64,000 bases of DNA from a virus (taxonomy: Duplodnaviria; Caudoviricetes), in the IMG/VR virus record IMGVR_UViG_3300021400_000091, positions 1 to 64,000 of that record. One strand, 5' to 3'. The notes under the pieces were generated by a model. That model saw nothing but the letters and a program-made list of their open reading frames with translations. It was not told where the DNA came from and did no database searches. Position numbers and translations under genes: made by a program. Shown piece by piece: positions 38,774 to 48,878 of the stretch. The first letter of the stretch is position 1; every line of letters starts with the position of its first letter.

Positions 38774-38846
38774 GCCCCAATAGCTCAAAGGATAGAGCAA
38801 CAGTCTTCTAAACTGTGGGTTGAAGGTTCGAGTCCTTCTTGGGGTA
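38774..38846 (+). tRNA. tRNA-Arg(TCT)
   Basis: Acceptor GCCCCAA/TTGGGGT, anticodon arm ACAGT-CTTCTAA-ACTGT, GGTTCGAGTCC. Confidence 0.92.
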
Positions 38847-38917
38847 CTAGTGTGGATTTTAAGGGAATTAGATTAAATGTTACTATTATTGCTTGTGAAA
38901 GTAGTAATAGTATTTAT

Positions 38918-38990
38918 GGCAGTATCGTCTAAATGGTTAGGACGCCACTCTTTCAAGGTGGAAATTCGGGTTCGATTCCCGATATTGCTA
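38918..38990 (+). tRNA. tRNA-Glu(TTC)
   Basis: Acceptor GGCAGTA/TATTGCT, anticodon arm CCACT-CTTTCAA-GGTGG, GGTTCGATTCC. Confidence 0.9.
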
Positions 38991-39031
38991 CTAGAGATAA
39001 TTAACATTGTTGTTTTCTAATTCTTAATAAT

Positions 39032-39268
39032 ATGAGTAGAAGTAAAAGAAAACATCCAAGATTCAAATGTGCTGATAGCATTAGTAACAAACTAGCTAAA
39101 TCAAAAGCTAATCGAAAATTTCGTCGAGTTAATAAAATTATTCTTAAAAAAGGAGAAGATTTCTTTAAATTAATTCGTGAAGTTAGCAATGTTTGGGCAG
39201 ATTTTCCTAGTGATGGTCTTGCAGATCATTATTTACCAAATGCGAGCAAGAAAGATATGTCGAAATAA
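39032..39268 (+). CDS. Small basic hypothetical protein
   Basis: 78 aa MSRSKRK..KSKANRKFRR..WADF. Confidence 0.65.
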   Translation: MSRSKRKHPRFKCADSISNKLAKSKANRKFRRVNKIILKKGEDFFKLIREVSNVWADFPSDGLADHYLPNASKKDMSK

Positions 39269-39362
39269 ATACTAATTTTAATGGGGCAGTTAAAAGGACT
39301 ATACGTTGTTTTCTGTCATAAGCTAATTCCTAATGCTGCCCCTTATAATTTGATATGTTTTA

Positions 39363-39436
39363 GCTCCTGTAGCTCAGTCGGTTAGAGCAGCTGACTCATA
39401 ATCAGAAGGTCACAGGTTCAAGCCCTGTTGGGAGCA
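39363..39436 (+). tRNA. tRNA with CAT anticodon (elongator Met or Ile2)
   Basis: Acceptor GCTCCTG/TGGGAGC, CTGA-CTCATAA-TCAG, GGTTCAAGCCC. Confidence 0.9.
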
Positions 39437-39440
39437 CTAC

Positions 39441-39480
39441 TGCTAGAGTAGTTTAACTTATAACTACTCTAGCATTTTTT
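39441..39480 (+). terminator. Intrinsic terminator after tRNA cluster
   Basis: TGCTAGAGTAGTT/AACTACTCTAGCA stem then T-run. Confidence 0.75.
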
Positions 39481-39506
39481 GTTTAATTTTTAAAAACTAA
39501 CGTAAA

Positions 39507-39830
39507 ATGAGAAAGAAAACTTATGATGAAGTTAGTGTCGTTAAGGCACTTAACAAGAAAAGAGATGTTAAGGTCTATTATTATGACAAGAGAATTGAAG
39601 TTACCATTGGTACTACTGAATGTGGTAATGGTACATGGGGTAAGATTGATTACCTAGTGCATTATTGTGGTTATGTTCAACTTTGGGTTAAACAACAAGC
39701 TAATGCTGCTAATGTTGAAAAAGTAGCTTCTAATAAAGCTACTAAACGTCAAAAGAAAGAATCTACTGAGAGTGCTCCTAGAGCTTTGGGGAAGAAAATG
39801 AGGAATTTCAAATTGAGAACCAATGCCTGA
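39507..39830 (+). CDS. Conserved basic hypothetical protein
   Basis: 107 aa; CGNGTWGKIDYLVHYCGY. Confidence 0.65.
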   Translation: MRKKTYDEVSVVKALNKKRDVKVYYYDKRIEVTIGTTECGNGTWGKIDYLVHYCGYVQLWVKQQANAANVEKVASNKATKRQKKESTESAPRALGKKMRNFKLRTNA

Positions 39831-40287
39831 ATTTAATTTCAAAGTTCAAGTTGTTACTAAAATACCTACTGGCAGAAAAAGTAAGTATAAAATAATAACT
39901 AAAACTGAGAATGTTCATGTTAACATAGAAGGAGTTGTTCATATTAATATGAATGGCTCTTATTATGTTAAATGTGAATATGGGGAATTCCCTATACATC
40001 CTGATTGTTTCAGTGTTGCTGGGATAAAGGTCATATATCCAAAAAAATTACTAGATGGAAGAAGATATTTAATTCGTCGTGACGAATATTATGGTCTTCC
40101 TGATGTAAAAGGGTATTTACCTTTTAGCCCAGGCTGCAAAGTTAAAGGAAATGCAGTTCATAATTCTATTATTAACCTATCCTTTTTTAAGATTAAAAAA
40201 GTATGGGAAGATGATTGGGATGAAGAATGTATTGCCGCAAGTAGATTTTATCGTGAACATTATAACGAAATCTTCAAAAAGAAATGA
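39823..40287 (+). CDS. Hypothetical protein
   Basis: 154 aa, overlapping neighbours. Confidence 0.65.
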   Translation: MPEFNFKVQVVTKIPTGRKSKYKIITKTENVHVNIEGVVHINMNGSYYVKCEYGEFPIHPDCFSVAGIKVIYPKKLLDGRRYLIRRDEYYGLPDVKGYLPFSPGCKVKGNAVHNSIINLSFFKIKKVWEDDWDEECIAASRFYREHYNEIFKKK

Positions 40288-41750
40288 GTAACTTACCAGT
40301 AAAAGTTGCTAATTCTAAATTAGTCGGTGGTTCTGTTAACTTTACTCCTGACCAAAAGGAGGCAGTTGATGGAATCATCGACTTTATTAATTCAGAATTT
40401 AGCAAGAATCATTATGCTGTTGGGTTATGTGGTCCAGGTGGAGTTGGTAAAACTTTTGTAACGAATTATATTATTAGTAATTGTAAATACGCTAATAGTG
40501 CAATTCGTTGTACAAGTCCAACTCATAAAGCTTGTAGAGTATTTTCTTCCGCTATTGGTGGAAAAGATGTATATACTATTCAAGCTACTTTTGGATTTAG
40601 ACTTGATTTAAATCTAGAAAACTTTAATCCTGATAGACCACAATTTAATCCAAAAGCTAAAGCTAAATTAGATAATATTAGAGTACTTTTTATAGACGAA
40701 AGCAGTATGTTACCAGCAGGTCTAGTAGGTTATATTATGAAAACCTGTAAGGAAAAACAAATTAAAATTATATTTATTGGAGATGATAATCAATTACCTC
40801 CGGTAAATGAAAGAAAAAGTACTGCATTTGCTAGATGTGCAAAGATATATTATTTAACAACGATAGTAAGACAAGAACAAGATAATCCAATTAGAGGATT
40901 ACTTCAAATGCTTAGAAAGGATATTGATAATAGAAGTTTTAATTTTATAAATTATATATCTAAGCATATTGGTGAAAGCTATTATAACGAAGTTGGAGAA
41001 GGATTTACTATAACTAATCCTTTAGGGTTTAAGCAATGTATTGATATATCTTTTAATGATGAAAAATTTACAGAGAACATTGATATGTATAGAATTATTG
41101 CTTATACTAACTTAAGAATTTCATCTTGGAATAATTATGTTAGAAATTATATCATTAAAGGCTCTGATAAAGGAGTTTTAACAAAGAATGATTTAATTAT
41201 GAGCAATGAAACTATTGTTGATGATTTTCTTTCTCCTGTAATTATTAATTCAGAAGAATATATTATTAAAGATATTGTCAATTATGTTGATTCTACTTAT
41301 GGATTTAAAGGATATATGGTAAAATTCCAATTAATCCATGGTGGAAAAGTTACTTCTCCATTATTTGTCATTGATAGTAAAGATATTAATAGTATCATAT
41401 TGTACGATAGAACTCTAAATGAACTATTAGTATCAGCAAAACAAGCAACTGGAGGTACAAGAGTTAGTAAATGGAAAGAATACTTTAATTTCAAGAAGAA
41501 ATATCTTCTAATTACTAATATTGTAGATAGAAATAATAACATTAAAACTAGAGCTAGTATAGATTATGGATTTGCAATTACAAGTCATAAATCTCAAGGT
41601 TCTACGTACGATAATGTTTTTGTTGATATTAATGATATAGTTTTTGATAGAAATAATCGTATTCGGACTAATACTGATGAAGTTCTTCGTATGTTATATG
41701 TTGCTTGTTCTAGAGCACGAAAACAATTAATATTATGCTATGGAAATTAA
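40284..41750 (+). CDS. SF1B helicase (Dda/RecD-like)
   Basis: GPGGVGKT Walker A, FIDESSM Walker B, IGDDNQLPPV, AITSHKSQGSTY, YVACSRAR. Confidence 0.92.
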   Translation: MSNLPVKVANSKLVGGSVNFTPDQKEAVDGIIDFINSEFSKNHYAVGLCGPGGVGKTFVTNYIISNCKYANSAIRCTSPTHKACRVFSSAIGGKDVYTIQATFGFRLDLNLENFNPDRPQFNPKAKAKLDNIRVLFIDESSMLPAGLVGYIMKTCKEKQIKIIFIGDDNQLPPVNERKSTAFARCAKIYYLTTIVRQEQDNPIRGLLQMLRKDIDNRSFNFINYISKHIGESYYNEVGEGFTITNPLGFKQCIDISFNDEKFTENIDMYRIIAYTNLRISSWNNYVRNYIIKGSDKGVLTKNDLIMSNETIVDDFLSPVIINSEEYIIKDIVNYVDSTYGFKGYMVKFQLIHGGKVTSPLFVIDSKDINSIILYDRTLNELLVSAKQATGGTRVSKWKEYFNFKKKYLLITNIVDRNNNIKTRASIDYGFAITSHKSQGSTYDNVFVDINDIVFDRNNRIRTNTDEVLRMLYVACSRARKQLILCYGN

Positions 41751-42249
41751 ACATATTGATACTCGAAATGAAATAAAACGAGTAAAAACTTGTTATAATT
41801 GTCCGGCTAAACTATATGCAAAAGATGGTGAAACTATAAAACTTGGATTTGGTAATTCATTTGCTGATAAAGTAATAGTTTTACCATCTTATAGTTTAGT
41901 AGAGAAAGGAGATTATATTAGTTGTGCTAAGGTTCTATTGGACATTGTGGGCAGTCGGTTATATGAGGATTTCTATGTTACCAGGGATATTAAGTGTTAC
42001 AATGTGAGTAGTTATGATATTCATGATGCTTGTGTTGCAAATTGTAATACTTTTTTGAATTATGAGTTATCTAAATTCATAGGTAAAAAGCTATTTGTCT
42101 TTGGTAATGTAGATTTATCTAGAATTGATAAAAATATTATTAATACTTATAAAGTTTATAGATTATTTAATCCTTATATAATGATTGTTGGAGAACAGGT
42201 TTTAAAAAATAAGTTTATTAATGATGTAAAAATGATGATGAACTTATGA
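41740..42249 (+). CDS. Uracil-DNA-glycosylase-like (family 4, probably degenerate)
   Basis: CYNCP, GFGN, YVTRDIKC, C..FLNYEL cysteine pattern. Confidence 0.55.
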   Translation: MEIKHIDTRNEIKRVKTCYNCPAKLYAKDGETIKLGFGNSFADKVIVLPSYSLVEKGDYISCAKVLLDIVGSRLYEDFYVTRDIKCYNVSSYDIHDACVANCNTFLNYELSKFIGKKLFVFGNVDLSRIDKNIINTYKVYRLFNPYIMIVGEQVLKNKFINDVKMMMNL

Positions 42250-44540
42250 TTAAAATGTGGGCTTATGATGTTGAAGTCCTACCTAATTTCTTTTCAGTTG
42301 TATTTGTAGATATAGTAGATTATATGAATAAATTTGAGGATTGTGTTATAAATGATAAAGCAATTCCTTTAACTCAAAAACTTTCAGTAGAAGAAATAAA
42401 AGATAGATTAAGTAAAGTAAATACTAAATCTTTTTATATTACTGATAAAAATGATGACCAGTTATTACAAATGATTGGATTCATTAATGCTATGATACCA
42501 CATCGTGAAAATGGTGTTGCTATTAGAAACGATGTTTTTGGCTATAATAGTATGTCTTATGATAAGCTGATGATTGCTTGTCTGTTAATGAATGCAACGG
42601 AATGTAATAATACTAAAGAGTTAATTACTAAATTATATACTACAAGTAAAAAGATTATAGAATTACAAGATAAAGATGATAACGTAAAAGATTATTATAT
42701 AGAAACATTAAAGAATTATAAATTACCATATAAAGATATAGATATAATGAAAGTATTTGCACTTAATAAAGTAGGTGCAATGAATGATGATAATGGTGAA
42801 AAGAAATATTATGGTAAAGGACTTAAACAAGTCAGTATCAACCTTCAATGGTATGATATTATAGAATATGAGCTACCAGATATATCAAATGTTGATAGAC
42901 ATTATTATAATAAAGATGTTTTCGATCCTTATACTGATAAACAACTAAGTAAGATAATAGAGAAATGGGATAGATATATTATAGATGATTGGATTGCAGA
43001 TACTATGAAATATAATACAAATGATGTTTTCATAGTTGCTGAAATGGTTAGATTATATAGTGATGAGATTAAATTACGATATAATTTAACTAAAGCTTAT
43101 GAAGTTGATTTACTTAATAGTTCTAGAAGTAACATAGCTGATAGATTATTTATTAAGTTTTATTCTGAATTTAGTGGTCTTGACTATAAAAGATGGGGTA
43201 AAAAGAAAACTGAAAGAAGAGCAATGGCTTTTAATAAAGTTATCTTTGATAATATTAAATTTAAAACTCCAGAGTTACAGAATCTTTTAGAAGAAATGAA
43301 AAATGTGACTATTTATAGTATAGGCAAAGATTCATTTAAGAAAGAGATCAAACTTGGTAATTTAGTATATACTATTGCTACTGGAGGATTACATAGTCAA
43401 GATATTCCTAGAGAATTAAAAAGTAAAGTACCAGCTATCATTCCCTCTACGGGCAGTGTATGGCAGGCTATGGAAAGCGATGATTACATTTATGTACATT
43501 GGGATATTTCTAGTTTTTATCCTAGTATTATATCTGTATATAAAGTTGCTCCTAAGCATATGGATACTTTTACTTTTTGTAAACTAGTTACATGGTTAAG
43601 AGATACCAGAATTGCTGCTAAACATAGTGAAGAACCTTATATAGATGGTATTCCTAAAAAATTATTAGCTGAAGCATTAAAGATTGTGATTAATAGTATA
43701 TATGGTAAGTTAGGTTATGAATATGGTGATATTTGTGATAGACTTGCAGTGCTAAAAGTAACAATAAATGGTCAGTTAATGATTATGATGCTATGTGAAG
43801 AACTAGAACTTAATGGTATAGAAGTTGTATCTGCAAATACAGATGGTATTGTAGTTAAATTATATAAGGATAAAAAAGAAACATTTGATGAAATAGCTAA
43901 TAGATGGATGGAATATACAGGACTAAGTGCTGATAGTGAAGAGTATAAAGCTTATATTAATAGAGATATTAATAATTATATTTGTCAAGAGTTTAATGGA
44001 AAAGTAACATATAAAGGTGCATTAAATCCTAATATGTATTTAGTTGATTTATCTAAAGGATATGATATGCCTATTGTTGCTAAAGCAGTCAGTAAATATT
44101 TTCTAAATGGAGTTCCTATTTTAGATACTTTATATAATGAAGATAATATATTAATGTTTTGTAAAACACAAAATGTTGGTAAACAATTTCATGTAGAATT
44201 TAAAAAAGGAACTGAAACTACTGAACTACAAAGATATGTAAGATTTTATGTATCTTTAGATGGAGGAAGTATTTATAAAGTTAGAAATGTAGTGGTAACT
44301 ACAGGTCAAATGAATAATATGGCTGCTGGATATTATGTTACTGTACTTAATACATTAGATGATAGAAATATTGCTGTTAGAAATATTAATTATACTTATT
44401 ATTATAATGAATGTATGAAAATCATAGACCCTATTAAACTCAGAATTAGTCCTGGACAAGAACCTGGTAGAGGTAAAGCCGGTAAAACTTTGATTAAGAA
44501 ATATAGTGGACAATATAATACATTATTTGACGATGAATGA
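42246..44540 (+). CDS. polB: DNA polymerase family B
   Basis: ExoI YDVE, ExoII GYNSMSYD, motif A WDISSFYPS, motif B KIVINSIYGKLG, motif C SANTDG. Confidence 0.92.
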   Translation: MIKMWAYDVEVLPNFFSVVFVDIVDYMNKFEDCVINDKAIPLTQKLSVEEIKDRLSKVNTKSFYITDKNDDQLLQMIGFINAMIPHRENGVAIRNDVFGYNSMSYDKLMIACLLMNATECNNTKELITKLYTTSKKIIELQDKDDNVKDYYIETLKNYKLPYKDIDIMKVFALNKVGAMNDDNGEKKYYGKGLKQVSINLQWYDIIEYELPDISNVDRHYYNKDVFDPYTDKQLSKIIEKWDRYIIDDWIADTMKYNTNDVFIVAEMVRLYSDEIKLRYNLTKAYEVDLLNSSRSNIADRLFIKFYSEFSGLDYKRWGKKKTERRAMAFNKVIFDNIKFKTPELQNLLEEMKNVTIYSIGKDSFKKEIKLGNLVYTIATGGLHSQDIPRELKSKVPAIIPSTGSVWQAMESDDYIYVHWDISSFYPSIISVYKVAPKHMDTFTFCKLVTWLRDTRIAAKHSEEPYIDGIPKKLLAEALKIVINSIYGKLGYEYGDICDRLAVLKVTINGQLMIMMLCEELELNGIEVVSANTDGIVVKLYKDKKETFDEIANRWMEYTGLSADSEEYKAYINRDINNYICQEFNGKVTYKGALNPNMYLVDLSKGYDMPIVAKAVSKYFLNGVPILDTLYNEDNILMFCKTQNVGKQFHVEFKKGTETTELQRYVRFYVSLDGGSIYKVRNVVVTTGQMNNMAAGYYVTVLNTLDDRNIAVRNINYTYYYNECMKIIDPIKLRISPGQEPGRGKAGKTLIKKYSGQYNTLFDDE

Positions 44541-45894
44541 TACATTACTAGTTAATAGAGTATTAAATACATTTCATAATATGAGATGTAGAATGTCTAT
44601 GTATTGTCTTGATGAAGATATTAGACTTACCATAGTTAAAACTTTGATAGAAAGAATGGTAGAAAAGAATAATACAATAAAGATTCTAGTAGCAGTAGAC
44701 GATTTTAATGATAGAACATCTTTAAAAAAGATTATAAATCCTGATTTATTTGCTAATAATATAATATGTTTAACAACAGGATTTATTAATCCTTATTATA
44801 ACTATAAATATAATTGTTTAATATATATTGGTAGTTTTATAGAAGAAAAAGTATTCCTAAAATTAATAGAACAGAATAAGTTTGGACTAATATTGCTAAC
44901 TGAAAATATTATGGATAGTAATTTTATAAATTACATTCGTCGAACTTGTCCAGATGCTGGATTTGCTATCCAAGATTATCGTAGTGATGTGACACGCCCC
45001 GTAGAAGGAGAATTATGTCCAGTTGACTTATCTAATGATGATAGAGAATTATATAAACAATATACTAGATACACTAATGATACAATATCTGTATTTGGTA
45101 GCATAGAAATGGTAAATATGGCTAGAAGTGGTAATTCTAAAACAAATACTAGTGCTACCGAAATTAGAGATACTATTGCTAGAAATAATGGATGGAGTGA
45201 AACTTTAGATACAAGTCAGGATTATAATAGACAAATAGATGATATTTATAATCCTAATGCTCTATATGAAAGAGCGTGTAATTTCTTTAATATTGCTGAT
45301 AAAAGAAGAAAACTAGTTATACAAAATGAACTTAAGCTAGAAAAGATATTAGAAATAATAAAAGAAAATGACACTGCTAAAATATTGATAGTTAGTAAAA
45401 ATGACCAATTTGCTAATACTGTATCTGAATATCTAAGACAAGAAGGGTATCAATGTGGTGATTATCACGATGATATTCCAGAACAACTTGATATTGATGA
45501 TAATGGTGTGCTTAGGTACATAAAAAGCGGAAAGAACGCTGGAAAAGTGCGAATTATTAAATCTAAAGCGATTTCAAGTCGTGACGAACAAAGGTTTAAT
45601 AACTCTATTATCCGGCTACTTTCAATCAAATCTGCATCGAATGTGGGCTTGTCAGTGCATTGTGATATGGTCATTTTCACGTCAACATTATGTGATGATA
45701 TAGAAAGTTTTAAGACTAGATTTAGAAATGTTAAAATAAATGGTATTCCGAATAAAGTATATTATATATATAGTAGTGATACAATAGAAGAAAATAATAT
45801 AAAGAACTTGCAAACAATACCTTTTTTAACACTACATAGTGAGCAAGAAAAAAATGCAGTGTTTGATGAAAATAGTAACCAAATAATTTTGTAG
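44506..45894 (+). CDS. SF2 helicase-like protein, probably inactive
   Basis: 462 aa; C-terminal KLEKILEII..KILIVS helicase-C-like fold, no Walker A; crAss synteny after PolB. Confidence 0.55.
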   Translation: MDNIIHYLTMNDTLLVNRVLNTFHNMRCRMSMYCLDEDIRLTIVKTLIERMVEKNNTIKILVAVDDFNDRTSLKKIINPDLFANNIICLTTGFINPYYNYKYNCLIYIGSFIEEKVFLKLIEQNKFGLILLTENIMDSNFINYIRRTCPDAGFAIQDYRSDVTRPVEGELCPVDLSNDDRELYKQYTRYTNDTISVFGSIEMVNMARSGNSKTNTSATEIRDTIARNNGWSETLDTSQDYNRQIDDIYNPNALYERACNFFNIADKRRKLVIQNELKLEKILEIIKENDTAKILIVSKNDQFANTVSEYLRQEGYQCGDYHDDIPEQLDIDDNGVLRYIKSGKNAGKVRIIKSKAISSRDEQRFNNSIIRLLSIKSASNVGLSVHCDMVIFTSTLCDDIESFKTRFRNVKINGIPNKVYYIYSSDTIEENNIKNLQTIPFLTLHSEQEKNAVFDENSNQIIL

Positions 45895-45918
45895 GTTAAA
45901 AACTATGTGTTATATTTG
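45888..45918 (+). promoter_or_regulatory. Bacteroidota-type promoter TTTG-N19-TATATTTG
   Basis: Upstream of ATG 45946. Confidence 0.7.
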
Positions 45919-45945
45919 CAGTGTAATTAAAAGTTCCTTGACATT

Positions 45946-46920
45946 ATGAATGAGATAAAAGAAGAACAAAGTGCTAATCAAATTAATGATGGCACTAATG
46001 AACAAACTAGTAAATCTTCTTCTATTGTAAAACATGAGCATAAAGCTCCTGTTATTGTTGATAATGGTATGAGTTCAATAGATTTGTTTAATCCTGAACA
46101 ACTTGCTGCTGCTGAGTCATTTCTCAAGAGGATTATGAGAAGTGAAAAAGGTGGTATTAAAACAGTTGAAGATGGATTTGCAATAATGATGCGAGCAAAG
46201 GATTTAAATCTTCCTTTCTCAACTTGTATTGAACACGTACACGTTATTAATGGTAAAACTGGAGTTGATATTCATGTTATAAAAGCTTTGTTGTCGAGGG
46301 CAGGAGTAATTTGGGAACACACTAAAGATTATGCTCCTCTGTATGAATATACAGACGGCTTCAATGTTTTTCTTGATGGAAGTCTTCCCAATTATGTTCA
46401 TAAGTGCCGAGATGCTAAAAGTGCTAGAGAAGCTAATGAAAGGGCAGCATCTGAAGAACGTGAAGATATTTATGTATATCCTGTAAAGTGGTATCAAGAT
46501 TTTAAAGGTAATCTTTATAAAGAGTATCAACTAAGTTCTTCTAGATTTGGTATTGCAGTTACTCGACAGCAAATTGCTGAAATTTCCAATAGTGGAAAAA
46601 TTGCCGTATATCGTATTCCTAATAAACCAGTAGATTTTGTAGATGAATACAAATTTGAAAGAATGGTTAATGGAAGGAATACGATTGCGTATGGTCATTT
46701 CTCATATAGTGAGGCTCAACAAGCTGATTTATTCTCTAAAGATACTTATGCTAAGTATCCTAGAGTTATGATTGGTCATAGAGCTTTTACTTATGGTGCT
46801 AGAGAAATTGCTAGCGACGTCTTATTTGGTGTTATGGAAACTACTGAATTAAAGGTTGTCGCTGGTAAAGAATTAGATGATGCTGATATTGTTGATATTG
46901 AAGCATCAGAAGTAAATTAG
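45946..46920 (+). CDS. RecT/Bet-like single-strand annealing protein
   Basis: IEHVHVINGK, FSYSEAQQADL, YAKYPRVMIGHRA..AREIASDVLFG. Confidence 0.7.
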   Translation: MNEIKEEQSANQINDGTNEQTSKSSSIVKHEHKAPVIVDNGMSSIDLFNPEQLAAAESFLKRIMRSEKGGIKTVEDGFAIMMRAKDLNLPFSTCIEHVHVINGKTGVDIHVIKALLSRAGVIWEHTKDYAPLYEYTDGFNVFLDGSLPNYVHKCRDAKSAREANERAASEEREDIYVYPVKWYQDFKGNLYKEYQLSSSRFGIAVTRQQIAEISNSGKIAVYRIPNKPVDFVDEYKFERMVNGRNTIAYGHFSYSEAQQADLFSKDTYAKYPRVMIGHRAFTYGAREIASDVLFGVMETTELKVVAGKELDDADIVDIEASEVN

Positions 46921-46978
46921 TAAACTAATTATTTAGTTATTAAAACATTAATGTTTAACTATCAAAATTTTCAAAACA

Positions 46979-47773
46979 ATGAAGAAAGTTATGTTTGGCG
47001 TTAACGCCGTGAATGCTGGTCAGCGTAATGTTGAAGTTGCCCCTGCAATTATTGCAACAAGTACTAATGGTGGTTTCCGTATGACCGCTCCTGTGAGTCG
47101 TGCTCTGTCTTGTGCTCATGGTGATTACATGATGTTCCTTAATACTATTGATGGTGTTGAGGCTGCAATTCGTAACAATGATCCAAATCTTGTTGCTTAT
47201 TGTGAGGAGAATGGTCTTGAGTTTGGTACTCCTGAAGCAGCTATTGCTATTCATAAGGCATTTGATCAGTGGTTTGTTGCTAAGGGTATTGTTCTGAAGG
47301 ATGGTAAGGGCAATTACCAGACTACTAATGAGCGTCTTACTAAGAAGGATAAGGTTACTTATGCTACTCAGAATTTTGACGCTATGTACAATGCAGCTCT
47401 TGAAGGTGCTGATGAGGAGACTATTGCTTCTCTTACTCGCGAAGGTATCACTAAGGAAGAGCAGATTGATATTCTGTCAAACTTTGTAATGCCAAAGGAG
47501 ATTAAGAAGTATCAGGGCTGCAAGATGGCTAACAATAGTAAGCTGACTGGTATTGGTGCTGCTCTTACTGGTACTGACAGCAATGTTTGGAATCAGCTTA
47601 AGGAAGACCTTGACGATAAGGAAAGTGTCAATCGTATTTTCGAGATTGATCTTAGTGAGCCTTATGAGATGGAAGTTAGCAATGGTTATGAGAATGTAAC
47701 TGTTGTTGCTTATGCTCTCGGTGCTTCGAAAGATGAGGCTCCTATCGTTCGTGGTGGTAAGGATGCTGAGTAA
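46979..47773 (+). CDS. Conserved highly expressed protein of replication module
   Basis: 264 aa with strong codon bias; followed by terminator 47808-47847. Confidence 0.7.
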   Translation: MKKVMFGVNAVNAGQRNVEVAPAIIATSTNGGFRMTAPVSRALSCAHGDYMMFLNTIDGVEAAIRNNDPNLVAYCEENGLEFGTPEAAIAIHKAFDQWFVAKGIVLKDGKGNYQTTNERLTKKDKVTYATQNFDAMYNAALEGADEETIASLTREGITKEEQIDILSNFVMPKEIKKYQGCKMANNSKLTGIGAALTGTDSNVWNQLKEDLDDKESVNRIFEIDLSEPYEMEVSNGYENVTVVAYALGASKDEAPIVRGGKDAE

Positions 47774-47886
47774 TTTATCTCGTTCATAATACAAAGATAG
47801 ATTTTTTAAAAGGTGTGGTATGAGAAATTAACTCTATCACACCTTTTATTATCCCTATTATTTAACATTTTAAAAAGCTTTTAAAA

Positions 47887-48819
47887 ATGGCAGAAGAAAT
47901 TAAGAATGAAGCAACAACTGCGCAACCTGTTGCTAAAAAGAACCGTAGAGGTTTAGGTAGTGCTCGTGGTACTAATCGTCTTAAGTTTGACCATAAAGAT
48001 GCTAAAGGAAATGGTTTATTTCTTGGTCATCTTGATAGTGTTGAGCTTAAGAATATTAAGATTGGTGAAGATACCACTGGTATGCCTAGCTTTAATGGTC
48101 TTGAGATCCCTCGTCTTTTATTTACTTTTGCAAGTAACGAACCTGAAGTTGCAAAGCGTAAGTTTGTAACTCTTCAATTCCAAGCTCAAGAAAGTAATAT
48201 TGAAACTATCCCTGGAGGAAGTAAAGCATGGGCTGTAGATTCAGTATTTAATTGGTTAAAGCATATTATTGTAACTTATCTTCCTACAGTTACAGAAGAG
48301 CAACTTGATGTTCTTGCTTTGCCTTTTGATGATACTGATGATGAGGGTCAATATGTGCAAGTAGATCCAGAAACTGTAGTTGCTGGTTGGAAGGAGTTTT
48401 TCGAGAACGTCTATACTCTTATTACTACAGGTAGTAATGGTAAGCCTATTTATCAAGATAATAATGGCAAGGCTAAAACTATTTGGATGAAGCTTCTTCG
48501 TCATATTAAGACTGGTAAAGGTCGCAATGCTAAATGGAAGAATGTTGGTAATAACGGAGATTTAGGTTTTCCTGCTATTGTCGGTGAAGGATGTATTGAG
48601 CTTTATAAGGCTAATACAATGCCTGCTCTTCGTGTCAATGTTCTTACTGAAAGTATTCAGCCTAAGCAGATTGAAGAGGCTAAGACTCCAAATGTAGGTG
48701 TACAAGTTGGTGGAGGCTTCAATGCTATGGGAGGAGTTCCAGTTTCTGACCCGATGGCTCAAGGATTTGAGGATATGGGAGGAATTGGAATGGAAGCCGC
48801 TGAAGAAGTGCCATTCTAA
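47887..48819 (+). CDS. Single-stranded DNA-binding protein (crAss type)
   Basis: 310 aa, Gly-rich linker and acidic C-terminal EEVPF tail; upstream of primase. Confidence 0.7.
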   Translation: MAEEIKNEATTAQPVAKKNRRGLGSARGTNRLKFDHKDAKGNGLFLGHLDSVELKNIKIGEDTTGMPSFNGLEIPRLLFTFASNEPEVAKRKFVTLQFQAQESNIETIPGGSKAWAVDSVFNWLKHIIVTYLPTVTEEQLDVLALPFDDTDDEGQYVQVDPETVVAGWKEFFENVYTLITTGSNGKPIYQDNNGKAKTIWMKLLRHIKTGKGRNAKWKNVGNNGDLGFPAIVGEGCIELYKANTMPALRVNVLTESIQPKQIEEAKTPNVGVQVGGGFNAMGGVPVSDPMAQGFEDMGGIGMEAAEEVPF

Positions 48820-48878
48820 ATTCTTAATAGTTAGCCTAGGGTTATAGAATATTCTATAGCTCTAGGCTATTTTTGTAT

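Noticed and set aside
38774-38846. tRNA with CTA in the anticodon loop as amber suppressor
   Set aside because: The 7-nt loop is CTTCTAA, so the anticodon is TCT (Arg); CTA is off-register.
38589-38912. CRISPR-like mini-array from repeated GGTCTGTGAAGATA
   Set aside because: Only two exact copies, the intervening sequences are tRNA genes, and no cas operon is present; the PD-(D/E)XK nuclease is a standard crAss gene.
23392-44540. Introns or inteins in terminase, capsid or polymerase genes
   Set aside because: Genes are uninterrupted and of normal length; no intein ends or homing endonuclease ORFs seen.
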